Shown piece after piece: positions 1 to 12,946 of a stretch of DNA of 64,000 nt. The DNA comes from Eledone cirrhosa (lineage: Eukaryota), in NCBI GenBank assembly GCA_964016885.1, contig OZ024744.1, positions 119,660,001 through 119,724,000 of the forward strand, written 5' to 3'. The translations under genes were made by a program, and so were the position numbers. Within the stretch, counting starts at the first letter, position 1, and each line of letters starts with the position of its first letter. The notes beneath the pieces are model-generated. The model ran no database searches. It was not told the DNA's origin and saw nothing but the letters and a program-made list of their open reading frames with translations.

Positions 1-22
1 GCTTCGTCAATGCTGTACTAAA

Positions 23-260
<238 letters not shown>

Positions 261-262
261 GT

Positions 263-1798
263 TTGTATATGTATGAATTATTCACAGAGATCCCGGACAT
301 GACTGCAGCCCAGATCGAAAAACAGACCAACTCCATCTGGTTCGACATCTGTAGGAGAAGACAACTCCCAAATAAAGTTAAGCTCAACTACACCACTAGA
401 AATAGCAGACTGCCCACTTTCTACCACCTCATCAAGACCCACAAGAATAGTACTAAGACGCAAATAAGACCCATCGTCTCTAGCATAGAAGGACCCCTAT
501 ACAGAATTTCCTGGCTCCTCTACCAGGTCCTCAAGCCTCTACTCTCCACCTTTCCCGGGCATGTCAGTAGCTCCGACGAAGTCATACGTAGACTACATCA
601 ACTCCAGCCAGAACAACTTAAACTAAATAGAGACGCCTTTAGCCTCGACGTTGTCTCCCTCTACACTAGAGTCCCCGCTCATCCAGCTGTCGATTTATTG
701 ACGGACTGCGTGGTCGCAGAGGACATCCACTGCTACGGCCTCCACCCGACGGACATACACCAACTTTTGTCCTTCACAGTAGACAACACGTACTTCACCT
801 TCCACCACCACACATACAGACAGACAACAGGATTACCCATGGGATCCAGCCTATCGGGCCTGCTGGCCATCACCTACATGAACCAGCTAGAATGCCGAGC
901 CCTCAACACCTGCCATTCCCATACCTTCTTCACCCGATATGTAGATGACATACTCATCCTTACATCATCCCGTGAGGAGGCGGATAAAATATACACAACA
1001 TTCTCCAGCATGGACGCCAGTATAAAGTTCAGCATAGAACACCCCGATGACCGCGGATCCCTATCCCTACTGGACTTCCAACTCAGGGTAACAGAGGAAG
1101 GCAACATCCACACCTGCTTCTATAAAAAAGCCGCCAGCAGGGACCTGTTCGTACATTTCAGATCGGCCCTCCCACTCGGTGCCAAGTTCGGATACATAAG
1201 GAACGAACTGGCACGTATCCGGAACAAATGCAACGACGCTAGAGACCGAGACACACACACCACACATTTCCTGGAAGTACTCAAACTGAACGGATACACG
1301 ACATCCACCACAAACCGTGCCAGAAAGAACAGAGGACATTACACCCGAGGCACTAACACTTGCTTCCTGAAGCTCCCACACTTCAGTGAAGAAACAACAA
1401 CAGCCATCCGCAGAGCTATCAGACGAGAGGGACTAGATATCCAACTGGCCCACTCAGGTCCTTCTCTACGCGGACAGCTAACCAAAAGACACTCCACCAG
1501 ACATGACAACTGCTGCAGACTAGCCAACTGCCCCATCAAGGACACAGACCTATGCCACCAGGCTTACGTCGTATACAGACTAGAGTGTGACAAATGCAAC
1601 AACTTCTACGTAGGTAGCACCACCAGACCACTCCACATAAGAATAAAAGAACACCTCAATACTAACGCTTCCTCATTTAAGAAACACCTAGTTAAATGCA
1701 AAAACACCGACAAAACCATAACAGTTAGGATAGAAACTAAGGAAAAAAACCTCGGCAATCTTAGAATTAAGGAAGCACTAATTATAGATAAAACATAA
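263..1798 (+). pseudogene. Penelope-like element family 1a, RT + GIY-YIG ORF, 5'-truncated, premature stop near the C-terminus
   Basis: Motifs [62 protein letters not shown]. The stop at 1796-1798 is followed in frame by PPINNRLE, matching PQINNRLE of the 29.4-kb homolog. The N-terminal MYMY comes from flanking sequence. A CA-rich 3' UTR runs to about 2070. Confidence 0.93.
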
Positions 1799-2072
1799 CC
1801 ACCAATCAATAATAGACTAGAACTCAACACCCAATTTATAACCTGATAGAGCTTCTAGTCCCATATTTACACACACCCCCCACACACACACGCACGCACG
1901 CACACACACACACATGCTTACACCTCCACTTATTCTCTCTCACACATACACACACACAACCAGTTCTAACCCCAGATAACACCTATCCCCCACATTTACG
2001 AATAGACATATCTTCTCACACTCACACACACACACTCACATACTTACACCTTCATGCATTCTCCCACACACT

Positions 2073-3115
2073 TAAACAGGCATGTATAGGAGCAAATTTT
2101 GGAATAGAATAGAAAGAACTAGGAACAAGGCTAATAGAATAAACTCATGGTATGATAGCAATAAATACCAGAGTGTAATGTTCATCGATACAACCCCTAG
2201 AGGTGAATTAGCTTACAAATTTAGAAGGGCCCTAGATAAACATAAACTCAATATTAAGATAGTAGAAAGACCAGGTACCTCCGTAAAAAACACTTATTAG
2301 CAAGACATACCCTTTTCAAAGACCCTCATGTATAGATAAGAAATGTATAACCTGTAAAATAAGCCCCCATATTAACTGTAAAACTAGAAATGTAGTGTAT
2401 AGCATAAGATGTACTGAAGGACAATGTAGAAACAAAAATATAGTGTACATAGGTGAGACAGCTCGTAGTGTAGGGGAACGGATAAATGAACACTAGCGAG
2501 ACCTTCAAGATAATAAAGAATCATCTGTACTCTACCAACATGTTAAAATAGAACACAAGGGTAAATTAGAGAACATAGAAATAAAAATAGAATCTACACA
2601 CAGAAAAGACGCAATGTTTAGACAAATCACAGAGGCAATAAACATAAAAGAATTACAACCAAAATTAAATAGAAAATATGAGTGGAACAGCAACATCACA
2701 ACTTACAATTAAGGACAAAATGAATACACACACACACATAGAACAAACAACCAACCAGTAACATGTAAATAAACAAATAAATAAATGAACATAAACACAC
2801 ACAGACACCCGAATGTGGCGCATGTGCAGACTGAGCACACAACACACACACAGAAACAAAATGGCGTAGGACAGAACAAAGGAGAGGCAAAAAACAAAGA
2901 AAGGAATCCCCAGTCACTGAAGAGGTCACAGAGTGTGTGACGAAAGAACTATGACAATATATAAACAACTATCTGGTTGTGGAACCAACCAACCAACCAG
3001 AAATTTATAAATTTATAAATTTATTATAAATTTATTATAAATTTATTATAATAAATTGAAGTGAAAGCAACTGGTGCGTGTGTTTCTTATTGGCAAAATG
3101 ACCCTCCCAAAGTAT
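2073..3115 (+). mobile_element. PLE family A, copy A1 (GIY-YIG end + 3' UTR, 5'-truncated, degraded)
   Basis: YRSKFWNRIER...NVVYSIRC...YIGETARS...RQITEA...LNRKYEWN with a frameshift and a stop; about 90% similar by eye to the other A copies. Confidence 0.9.
2913..2955 (+). ncRNA. Minimal type I hammerhead ribozyme in the family A 3' UTR
   Basis: gtca CTGAAGA g gtcaca-gagtg-tgtgac GAAA gaac TA tgac: stem I gtca/tgac, 6-bp stem II, minimal stem III. Confidence 0.8.
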
Positions 3116-4130
3116 CTCTCTCGTCTGCGACTTCACAGAACTTGTTTACCGAATTCGCAGACCAGACCCCTTCTTCCTCCCGTTAGATCTGTGCGAAATT
3201 CCTTCCTTGCTCACATTTCAACCAGGTTTGATGGTCTTTATTCCCTCGTTCACGATTCCACCGAATTTATATTCATAGAAATCTGGGACTTGTTTCCTTC
3301 TTCATTACTTTCTGCTGCTTAAACCATTTTGTTCGTTTACCCTAGCGTCCCCCTTATTTACGTGTCCCAACGACTTTTTTTTAGCCGTTACTCGCACCAA
3401 CCTGAGGTATATGGCCTTTAATGCGACGAAATGCCTACGACGGTTGGATGGTCACTGATGAGGACAAACTTTTTCATATGTAACCCATTTGCAGCGCCGC
3501 AGCTCCATTATTATCATATTTACACATATATTTTTCCTCCGCTGCCAGCAGTCTGTTTCGTTCTTTGTGTCTTTACCCTTTCTAGCAGTCTCTCTCTCTC
3601 TGTTAGCCTCTTCCTCACCTTTCACTCACTCACTCTCTGTCACTACCTCTCCTCCTCCCCTTTCTTCCCGTTTGACCTGTCCGTATTCCTTTTCTCGCGG
3701 GCACTTGGCCAAGCCGGTATGAATTTTTTTTCTCTCTCTCTCTCGTCTGCGACTTCACAGAACTTATGTTTACCGAATTCGCAGACCAGACCCCTTCTTC
3801 CTCCCGTTAGACCTGTGCGAAATTCCTTCCTTGCTCACATTTCAACCAGGTTTGATGGTCTTTATTCTCTCGTTCACGATTCCACCGAATTTATATTCAT
3901 AGAAATCTGGGACTTGTTTCCTTCTTCATTACTTTCTGCTGCTTAAACCATTTTGTTCGTTTACCCTAGCGTCCCCCTTATTTACGTGTCCCAACGACTT
4001 TTTTTTAGCCGTTGCTCGCACCAACCTGAGGTATATGGCCTTTAATGCGACGAAATACCTACGACGGTTGGATGGCCACTGATGAGGACAAACTTTTTCA
4101 TATGTAACCCATTTGCAGCGCCGCAGCTCC

Positions 4131-4133
<3 letters not shown>
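3116..4133 (+). repeat. Non-coding partial tandem repeat 'S' (period about 624 bp; copies about 3116-3511 and 3735-4133), ending in (TA)n
   Basis: Near-identical direct copies from tctctctcgtctgcgacttcacagaac to gcagctccattat; a diverged relative lies at 12812-12928. Confidence 0.85.
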
Positions 4134-4170
<37 letters not shown>

Positions 4171-4173
<3 letters not shown>

Positions 4174-4682
4174 TAAAACATGTCTATAGAATCACAAGAT
4201 AAAATATATACTATTTCCTCTCCCAATTAACATAATTAACTATATAAAAAATCGAATAGACCAGGCTATACGAATGAGGCTTCTATGAAGGAATCTCCGA
4301 CAAATAACCAAAACTAGCACTTCGCGTCGGCCGTAGCGGAGTATTTATCGAATATTTCGACAGCGTAATCGCCTAGATACAGTCAACTAAGCAGAATTAG
4401 GTTTAAAATAAACTAGGAGAAAATAGAATACATTTAAATACCTCTACCATGGTTTCGTCCGTGTTTTGAGTTTTCCAATAATTATGTAATAATTATATAA
4501 ACTCGAGCGCCGGATTCTTCAGGAAGCTCGCTCATATCTAGACATTAAATTTTCCAAAACAATCGCGCCAAGAATTCATTTCAAAATGGCTAAAAATTGT
4601 GACGTAGTCGCGGTCAAGTTGGAAGGGGTGTGGTAGTTGCTTACGACTGGTGGCACTTTTGCTAGAAAGCACGGCACAATAC
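4171..4682 (-). mobile_element. Non-coding interspersed repeat 'M', copy 1 (inverted relative to 6575-7086)
   Basis: Reverse complement of 6575-7086 at roughly 90% identity; outer end tcataaaacatgtctatag abuts (TA)n; class unresolved. Confidence 0.75.
4441..4526 (-). ncRNA. Candidate hammerhead ribozyme with long stem II in repeat M
   Basis: Minus strand: cttc CTGAAGA atccg...gagttt..ataatta-ttaca-taattat..aaactc...cggac GAAA ccatgg TA gagg. Confidence 0.5.
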
Positions 4683-4894
4683 AGCCAAATTTGTATCTCA
4701 ACCTAGTGGGAGATTATTACATATAAAAGTTTACATATATATATACATACACATACATATACGTGTTTTGCAACCGGTCACTTTGTGGCTCAATGAAAAA
4801 TTAATAAATTAAACAATCAGAGCTATATATAATAAAACATGTCTATGTCGGTTGCAAAACACGTATATGCATGTGTATGTATATATATATGTAA

Positions 4895-4988
<94 letters not shown>

Positions 4989-5310
4989 TATGTACACGTA
5001 CATACACATATGTATACAGACGTGCAGTAGTATGTATATATATATATATATATACATACATGCACACATATATATATATGTACCTATGGATTCACCGAAC
5101 ATTTATTATAATGCTCGGTGTGTTTGTAAACAAACATCCCGTATTAAGCCGTAGTGTCCAGCAACCATCGTTGCTCGTTTGTTTAACACTGACAAAGGAA
5201 CGCTGTACTAGTTTCAATCCTGCCAGATTGTTGAACGTATATACTTACCTTATGCATATTAACGGCTGAGTAGCCCAATTTGCATATCGAGTGGGTTAAT
5301 CGGCCGGGTG

Positions 5311-6448
5311 CAAATCAGAGTATATAGAGGAGCCAGAACCAAATGGGAAAAAATGGTAAATAATGACACAAATGGGACCTGCCCCTTGTATAGGAGCAAA
5401 TTTTGGAATAGAATAGAAAGAAATGGGAATAAGGTTAATAGAATAAACTCATGGTATGATAGCAATAAATACCAGAGTGTAATGTTTATCGATACAACCC
5501 TTAAAGGTGAATTAGCTTACAAATTTAGAAGGGCCCTAGATAAATATAAACTCAATATTAAGATAGTAGAAGACCAGGTACCTCCATAAAAACACTTATT
5601 AGCAATACACACCCTTTTCAAAGACCTCCCTGTATAGATAAGAAATGTATAATCTGTAAATTAAGCCCCTATATTAACTGTAAAACTAGAAATGTAGTAT
5701 ATAGCATAAGATGTACTGAAGGACAATGTAGAGATAAGAATATAGTGTACATAGGTGAGACAGCTCGTAGTATAGGGGAACTGATAAATGAACACTGGCG
5801 AGATCTTCAAGATAGTAAAGAATCATCTGTACTCTACCAACATGCTAAAATAGAACATAAGGGTAAATTAGAGAACATAGAAATAAAAATAGAATCTACA
5901 CACAGAAAAGACGCAATGTTTAGACAAATCACAGAGGCAATAAACATAAATGAACTCCAACCAAAACTAAATAGAAAACATGAATGGAACAGCAACATCA
6001 CAACTTACAATTAAGGACAAAATGAAAACACACACACACATAGAACAAACAACCAACCAGTAACATGTAAATAAACAAATAAATAAACAAATATAAACAC
6101 ACACAGACACCCGAATGTAACACATGCGCAAACTAAGCACACAACACACACAAAAACAAGATAGTGTAGGACAGAACAAAGGAGAGGCACAAAAACAAAG
6201 AAAAGAATCTCCAGTCACTGAAGAGGTCACAGAATGTGTGACGAAATAACTTTGACAATATATGAACAATCATCTGGTTGTGGAACCAACCAACCAACCG
6301 GAAATTTATAAATTGATTATAATAAATTGAAGTGAAAGCAACTGGTGCATGTGTTTCTTATTGGCAACATGACCCTCCCAAAGTATAACAATATCGGTTT
6401 CAAAACACGTTTTCAGGTAAAGAATCTTGCTAAACAAATTCAGAAACG

Positions 6449-6452
<4 letters not shown>
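5311..6452 (+). mobile_element. PLE family A, copy A2 (3' half: GIY-YIG + 3' UTR) ending in (TA)n
   Basis: ORF pieces 5308-5589 and 5745-6014 (YIGETARS..EH..RQITEA..EWN); the 3' tail cagaaacgaaata joins the TA run. Confidence 0.92.
6214..6256 (+). ncRNA. Family A hammerhead motif (stem III mutated)
   Basis: gtca CTGAAGA g gtcaca-gaatg-tgtgac GAAA taac TT tgac. Confidence 0.65.
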
Positions 6453-6479
<27 letters not shown>

Positions 6480-6482
<3 letters not shown>

Positions 6483-6572
6483 CATTTCTGAATTTGTTTA
6501 GCAAGATTCTTTATCTGAAAACGTCTGTTGATACCGATATTGTTATACTTTGGGAGCGTCATGTTGCCAATA
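6480..6572 (-). mobile_element. PLE family A, isolated 3' tail, tail-to-tail with A2 across a short (TA)n
   Basis: Reverse complement of about 6359-6452 with several substitutions. Confidence 0.85.
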
Positions 6573-6574
6573 TT

Positions 6575-7083
6575 GTGTAATGTGCTGTGCTTTCTAGCAA
6601 AAAAGCCACCAGCCGTAAGCAACTACCACACCCCTTCCAACCTGACCGCTACTACGTCACGATTCTTAGCCATTTTGAATGAATTCTTGGCGCGATCACT
6701 TTGGAAAATTTAGTGTCTAGATCAGAGCAAATCTCCTGATGAATCCGATGCTCGAGTTACATAATTATTACATAATTATTGGAAACCTCAAAATACGGAC
6801 GAAACTATGGTAGAGGTATTTAAACGTATTCTATTTTCTCCTAGTTTATTTTACACCTAATTCTGTTTAATTGACTGTATCTGGGCGATTACGCTGTCGA
6901 AATATTCGATAAATATTCCGTTGCGGCCGACGCGAAGGGCTAGTTTCGGTTATTTGTTGGAGATTTCTTCATAGAAACCTCATTCTTATAGCCTGGTCTA
7001 TTCGATTTTTTAAATAGTTAATTATGCTAAGTGGGAGAGGAAATGGTATATATTTTATCTTGTGATTCTATAGACATGTTTTA

Positions 7084-7086
<3 letters not shown>
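6575..7086 (+). mobile_element. Non-coding repeat 'M', copy 2, ending in (TA)n
   Basis: Inverted copy of 4171-4682. Confidence 0.75.
6732..6816 (+). ncRNA. Candidate long-stem-II hammerhead in repeat M copy 2
   Basis: tctc CTGATGA atccg...cggac GAAA ctatgg TA gagg. Confidence 0.45.
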
Positions 7087-7133
<47 letters not shown>

Positions 7134-7498
7134 ATGTATATATGTATGCACATGTATGTGTATGTGTACGTATATTTATTTTTTTAATATATATACACAC
7201 ATATATATGTGTGTGTGTTTGCATGTGTGTATAGGTATATGTGCATGTATATGTGTATATGTGTATGTATGTGTACATATATATATATGAGGATAGCCTA
7301 CGGATTATCTGTTACAAACACAATTTTCAGGGCGAAACAGATTAAATCTCTAATCTGTCCGAGAGATGAAATGGTTATTGATACGGTCTGTATATAATTT
7401 TATATCTTACTCTATATTTCAGATTAAATATATAAAACATTTGTGCCCTTCTCTCCTCTCGAAATTTTAGACACGGAATTTTCTGTGTTTATTTCTAC

Positions 7499-7601
<103 letters not shown>

Positions 7602-7733
7602 ATTTCCTGTATTTGTTTATATTTAAGTTGTTTTTATTTATCCCCCCCCACACACACACACACTCACACCTATCGTTGTCAACACGTCTCCCCTTTTTTA
7701 CTTTATTTTGTTTTTGATTTTGATCTTTACTTT

Positions 7734-7885
<152 letters not shown>

Positions 7886-7887
7886 CA

Positions 7888-7947
<60 letters not shown>

Positions 7948-8234
7948 CATACATATATTTTTTGTATTTTTTGTTCTTATTTATTTATTTAGTTATTCCT
8001 GTTTCTTAACCACTGTCCATATTTATGTGTACATTTTTGAGTGCATATATATCTGTGTATATGTATGTGTATGTATTTATGTTCCAGTCTAGACGCAAAT
8101 ACGCTTATGTGAGAAAGTATCCGTCTACGTACTTTTTAGTATATGCGCGTAGTTGAGTGTGTCTATGTTTACATTCTGGATATTTATATTTTTATATAAG
8201 TAGAAGGGATATTTAATTTGTTGGGAATTCATCT

Positions 8235-9622
8235 AGTGATGAAATGCATATACTTCTAACAGCACGGAAAACATTAATAGAATTCAATAATCATCTCTGG
8301 CCAAGAGCCGATAGAAAAAATAATTTTAATATCACTATGGGATCATCTGACTCGGCGCAAATAAAGGATCTTGTGGGCTTATTTATTAATAATACACTGC
8401 ATAAGAAAATGCCAGAGATGACCGGTGGTTTATATCTTGACGATATGCTGCTTTTAATTAAAAATCATTGTAATTGTGAAATTAATAGGAAAAGAAAATC
8501 CATAATACAATTCTTCAATAATTATAACCATAAGTTAGAAATAGAGAATAACTATAAAATCGTTAACTTCTTAGACGTAACATTAAACCTTAGTACAGGT
8601 CTTTACTGTCCTTTCCATAAAATTAACGAAAAGCTAAATTACGTAAGTTTTAACTCTAATCATCCTAGATCTATCAAGAACACTATTGTCAATAGTGTCC
8701 AACAACGGATTTCACGCATCTCTGCTCATAAAAATATTTTTGATGATAAGGCTGAATATTATAATGAAGCTTTAAATAGAACGGGGAATAAAATTAAATA
8801 CATTGACAACAATAACATGACAAATCACCCTAATAATAATAAACAATTTAACTTAAACTCTAAACCAAACAAAAGATCTAGAACTAGAAATATTATTTCG
8901 TAGCCCCCCCCCCCTCATTCTCTTTAAGCGTTAAAACACCTTTAGCAAATCTATTCTTCAAAGCACTAGACAAATGTTTTCCTAAAGCCCACAGATACCA
9001 CTCAATCTTTAACAGACATACTATAAAACTATCCTACTCTACTACTATGAACATAGCACAGAATATAAATAGAATTAATAATAGAAACTTAAATTTAAAC
9101 CCTAACCAAAATAACCATAATAGCAATAATATTATTTCTAGCAATATCCAATATAACAGTACCGTTCCGAGCAACAACTCGGTAAAATGTAACTGTAGAA
9201 TTAAATCAAATTGCCCTTTACAAAATAAGTGTTTAGATAAAAACGTAGTCTATAAATGCACAGTTAAAACTAGAGATAATATATTTAACTATGTCGGTGC
9301 TACTTCTACAAAATTTAAAGATCGCTGGAATAACCATAATCATTCTTTCAGAAGATCTGATAAAAAAATCTTCTACTTCTCTTTCACATCTTATATGGAA
9401 CTTAAAAAGCAAGAATATAGACTATTCAATATCTTGGAAAACGATTTTAAAGCACTTGCGTACTGAAATATGGCTTTATCAAAATTCTGTAAATTGTGTA
9501 TTGAAGAAATTTTTAATATAATTAACTGCCAAAACTCTATTAATCTCAGGACAGAATTATTTTCTTCTTGCAGACATCGCCAAAATTCTACATTCAGAAC
9601 TATAAATCTTCAAACAATTTAA
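8235..9622 (+). pseudogene. Naiad-type PLE (element C), degraded RT + GIY-YIG; the 3' UTR probably extends to about 10940
   Basis: NITMGSSDSAQIKDLVGL, GGLYLDD, VNFLDVTLNL, SNHPRSI, CNCRIKSNCPLQNKCL..NVVYKC..YVGAT..FKDRW.NH..SF, CKLCIEE, NLRTELFSSCRH. Stops and frameshifts are present. Homologous to the ORF at 18378-21053. Confidence 0.9.
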
Positions 9623-9735
9623 CAATTTAAATTTTTAATATTTTAAATATTTTAATATATTAATATTTCTAAATGGTAATATCTTTAATATTTGTAGTAC
9701 TTTCACCTTTCAGCAAAAATTTCTTTATATATATA

Positions 9736-9830
<95 letters not shown>

Positions 9831-10087
9831 ATAGATATTTATATATATTTATGTATATCTTTAATTCTTGCATTATATTTTTCCAATGACACCCTTTAAA
9901 GCTATTTTTAAACGTAGATTAATAACCATTAACTGACATTAGAAAAATGTATCCTATTTTAAACATTCACACTTCTTTCGACTAAATAATTAATTAATCT
10001 CACACTAACTCTTAAAAAATGTATCGATTAACAAACAAAATTGGAGTTATCTTTCCTTTCTCAATCATATAAACTTATTACATTATT

Positions 10088-10276
10088 GGCGGTGGATTGG
10101 CAGTATCGGTAGAGGGTCGGACGCCATGCTTTCCAGCATAGTTACGTCCCTTTACGATCTGATTTCAAATCCCGCCGAGGTTGACTTTGCCTTTCATCCT
10201 TATGGGGTCGATAAAATAAAGTACCAGTAATGCACTGGGTAATTGCTGGCCTTGTGCCTAACGTAGAAACAATTAT
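10088..10276 (+). mobile_element. tRNA-derived SINE with Nin/Deu-type central domain (octopus-type SINE), decayed
   Basis: A-box-like tggcagtatcgg, B-box-like tttcaaatcc, then ccgaggttgactttgcctttcatccttatggggtcgataaaataaagtaccag; recognised from memory of octopus SINEs. Confidence 0.85.
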
Positions 10277-10835
10277 ATACGTAACTCCATTAAATTAAAA
10301 CATTCTCAAAGCCGAACAAGATATTCAAATATATAAATTCATAATTTTAACTACCTATTTATTTACATAAAATACAAAATCAACACCCTCGTAACTCATA
10401 TTATAAACAACTAATAATAGCAAATGATCTCTTTAATAATAATACATATGCTATTATTAAAATATATATAGATATTTATATATTTAACCCACTACAATAT
10501 TGTAATAAGATAAATACTTACCAACATAATTCTCCATATAAATATATACCTAATATAGGTAAATATTCAAATTTTTTCCCCAAAATTAACGTATATAAGT
10601 GGTCTTCTTCTTTTTCTTTTTTTTTCTTTCTTTCTTTCTCTCTTACTAATATATTTAAACTTTTCATAGCGTTTAAAATAACGGTTTTTCAATCATATAA
10701 CTCAACCTCATTTACATATTCATTTGCATACTCATCCTAACAATTTTGAAAAATCCGTTCTTTAAATATCCAAGGAAAATTCAACTGATAAGGTATGTTT
10801 CCTTAGCTATGTCAAAATTTATAAAACACACTTTG

Positions 10836-10898
10836 TATTTTATCTGATGAAAGCGTACCAAAGGTTTTTGGTACCCTTGAAATATATACAATAGAATA
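10836..10898 (+). ncRNA. Hammerhead motif at the likely 3' end of element C (cleavage triplet mutated)
   Basis: tattttat CTGATGA aag-c-gtaccaaa..tttggtac-c-ctt GAAA tatata CA atagaata. Confidence 0.65.
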
Positions 10899-11019
10899 AA
10901 TATGGTTTTATAAATATAGTTCCCATTTATTTAATATCATTGTATATTTATATATATATTTTTTTATATATATATATTTTTATATATATATATTATACAT
11001 ATATATATATATATATATT

Positions 11020-11198
11020 TTTTTTTTCGCCCGTTTTTTTCAGCCTCACTTTCATATTTCCTAAATTTTGTTTTCAAATCTATATTTAATAAATACACCA
11101 TGTTTTTTATTCCGACGACTGCAGACAGACACAACATCTGTCTTCAAGAAACCACTGGTAAATGAAATAATTATCTTATGTTGTTTATTACATAACTA
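11020..11198 (+). mobile_element. Family E 3'-terminal (pLTR-like) fragment with a degenerate HHR at 11104-11168
   Basis: CCGACGA...agacaga/tctgtct..GAAA ccactgg TA aatgaaa, then tail ataattatcttatgttgtttattacataac-TATA; homologous to 24977-25160 and 26605-26720. Confidence 0.7.
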
Positions 11199-11487
11199 TA
11201 TATATAACAGAAATATATGATTGAGAAAACAAAATTCTTAAATTTTATTCTTTACACCATATATCATCTGAAAGAATATCATTCGTTTTCTGATGGAAGG
11301 AATTAAATAAGATTTATATACCTCCGTAGAAGGTGTATATATATAATTATTATTATTGTTTACCCTTCAACCTTTAAATGTAAACATACTGTTACTCCCC
11401 CGGCCCTCTAAAAACCCATTAATAAGTGTAAGTAGATATCGAGACCTCTATTAACAGTTTAAATGTGCTTTTGCACCTATATATTCA

Positions 11488-11571
11488 CATAGCTGAAGAG
11501 ATGTCAAATAAAGCGTCGGGTCGCGTCATCTTGATTGTACCCTAACCCGATATCCAAACAATTGTAATATG
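11488..11571 (+). ncRNA. Degenerate hammerhead in an unclassified pLTR-like segment
   Basis: catag CTGAAGA gatgtc...gatatc CAAA caattg TA atatg followed by AATAAA; GAAA is mutated to CAAA. Confidence 0.45.
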
Positions 11572-11787
11572 CTAATAAAGTTTGTACTTATGCTGCAACA
11601 CTGACTTCGATTCTTTTCATTCTACACTCTGCAAATTAGAGCCGTAACCCTGGAATACATCCCAGACGAGACGAACCCCGTAACAGCATTGAGTCCTTCG
11701 AACGGCGTATAACTGTAGTTACACACCTAACTATCACATACATACACAGACATATATTTACATATACACACGTATGTGTGTATATAT

Positions 11788-12051
11788 CAGTCATGGGCAA
11801 GCTGCGACCCGCCAAGCTTTAGTGAAATCTTCCAGATTTTTTACCCCAACTTTTCAGTCATAATTTATCTTTCTATCATTTTTACGATCGACGAAAACAA
11901 CATGCAGGAATTCTGAATAAACAAATCAAAACAACCTGAGTTACCGCCCTTTTTTTAACGTAGGCATGAATGTAAATTAGCGCTTGTGGCCCGCCTGATG
12001 GTGAGCCATTTCTCATACGGCCAGCTTCTCGAAAAGGTTTACCCATGCCTG
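11788..12051. mobile_element. hAT-type MITE (264 bp) with 8-bp TSD
   Basis: Imperfect TIRs cagtcatgggcaa / ttacccatgcctg; GTATATAT on both sides (11780-11787 and 12052-12059). Confidence 0.88.
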
Positions 12052-12811
12052 GTATATATAGATGCATATATATACGTTGGGTAGCACCTGTGTGTGCGTT
12101 TATATCTCACAAGATAGTGTTTCGATTTTGAAAAATGTTCGATAAAGTATTTTAGGAGGTGATCAAGTTGTTTGATAAACAAAGCAACATTTTTAATTCC
12201 TGTTTTAATTTACACCCAAGAGGTGAAACGCGGAGATCCTAGCCAGAAATCCCCAAACCTGGGTAGTGTCACCTATAATGAGGAATACAGTGAATTACCA
12301 GGACTTGACTAAACCGTAACAGTACCGAGCCGGTCACTGCGGTGACCGCTGGTATTCTCGCTTATCCTGGACTGTAGTTTTCTCCATAAAATGCATGAGA
12401 ATGGAAGCCCTATTAGATAGAATGGATGATGTAGCCGGTGTTGCTGGTTGTTTTCTGCAGCAATGCCTTCGCCATGTTTTTTCTGCGAAGTACAGCTGAG
12501 ATACAGTGATTACTCTTCGGTCTCAAATAATCGTACCCAGCCCCCATGCTTATTAATTTTTCAGATCTTTTCCAACTCTTATTCTAACCCAACCGCTTAT
12601 CAATTTTTGCTAATCTCTCTCGGGTGAAATTATATACTAAGTGGTAGCATTGCTCTGATAATATATATATAAATATATATATATACATACAAATATATAT
12701 GTATACATATATACATACAAATATATATGTATACATATATACATATATATATATATATACATATATACATATATATATACATATATACACACACACATAT
12801 ATATATATATA

Positions 12812-12928
12812 TATGAATAAATTTAGTCCTTCATCAGTGATCTTCCAACCTTCATTGGTATTTCATCGCTTTAAAGACCTTATGCCTCTGGTTGGTGCGG
12901 GCAACGTCTAAAGAAAGTCGTTGCGACT
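12812..12928 (-). repeat. Diverged fragment of repeat S between TA runs
   Basis: tcatcagtga..ccaacc..ggtatttc..ggttggtgcg.gcaacg..aaagtcgttg aligns to the reverse complement of about 3990-4103. Confidence 0.75.
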
Positions 12929-12946
12929 ATATATATATATATATAT

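Noticed and set aside
5255-5300. Possible piggyBac terminus (gagtggg-TTAA)
   Set aside because: No matching opposite terminus or transposase found
7335-7375. Hairpin acagatta-aatctc-taatctgt preceded by GAAA and followed by C
   Set aside because: No CTGANGA partner on either strand nearby
9464-9466. In-frame TGA in Naiad-type element C (and at 39082 in A8) as possible selenocysteine, since some Naiads encode Sec
   Set aside because: Neither aligns to a conserved Cys (the A8 codon is CGA>TGA); both copies have other lesions; element B has no in-frame TGA; no convincing SECIS seen
10088-10175. tRNA gene
   Set aside because: A/B boxes belong to the SINE head; no cloverleaf can be drawn
12327-12350. 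Short inverted repeat cggtcac-tgcg-gtgaccg in unclassified sequence 12190-12590
   Set aside because: Isolated hairpin, no second copy or motif context
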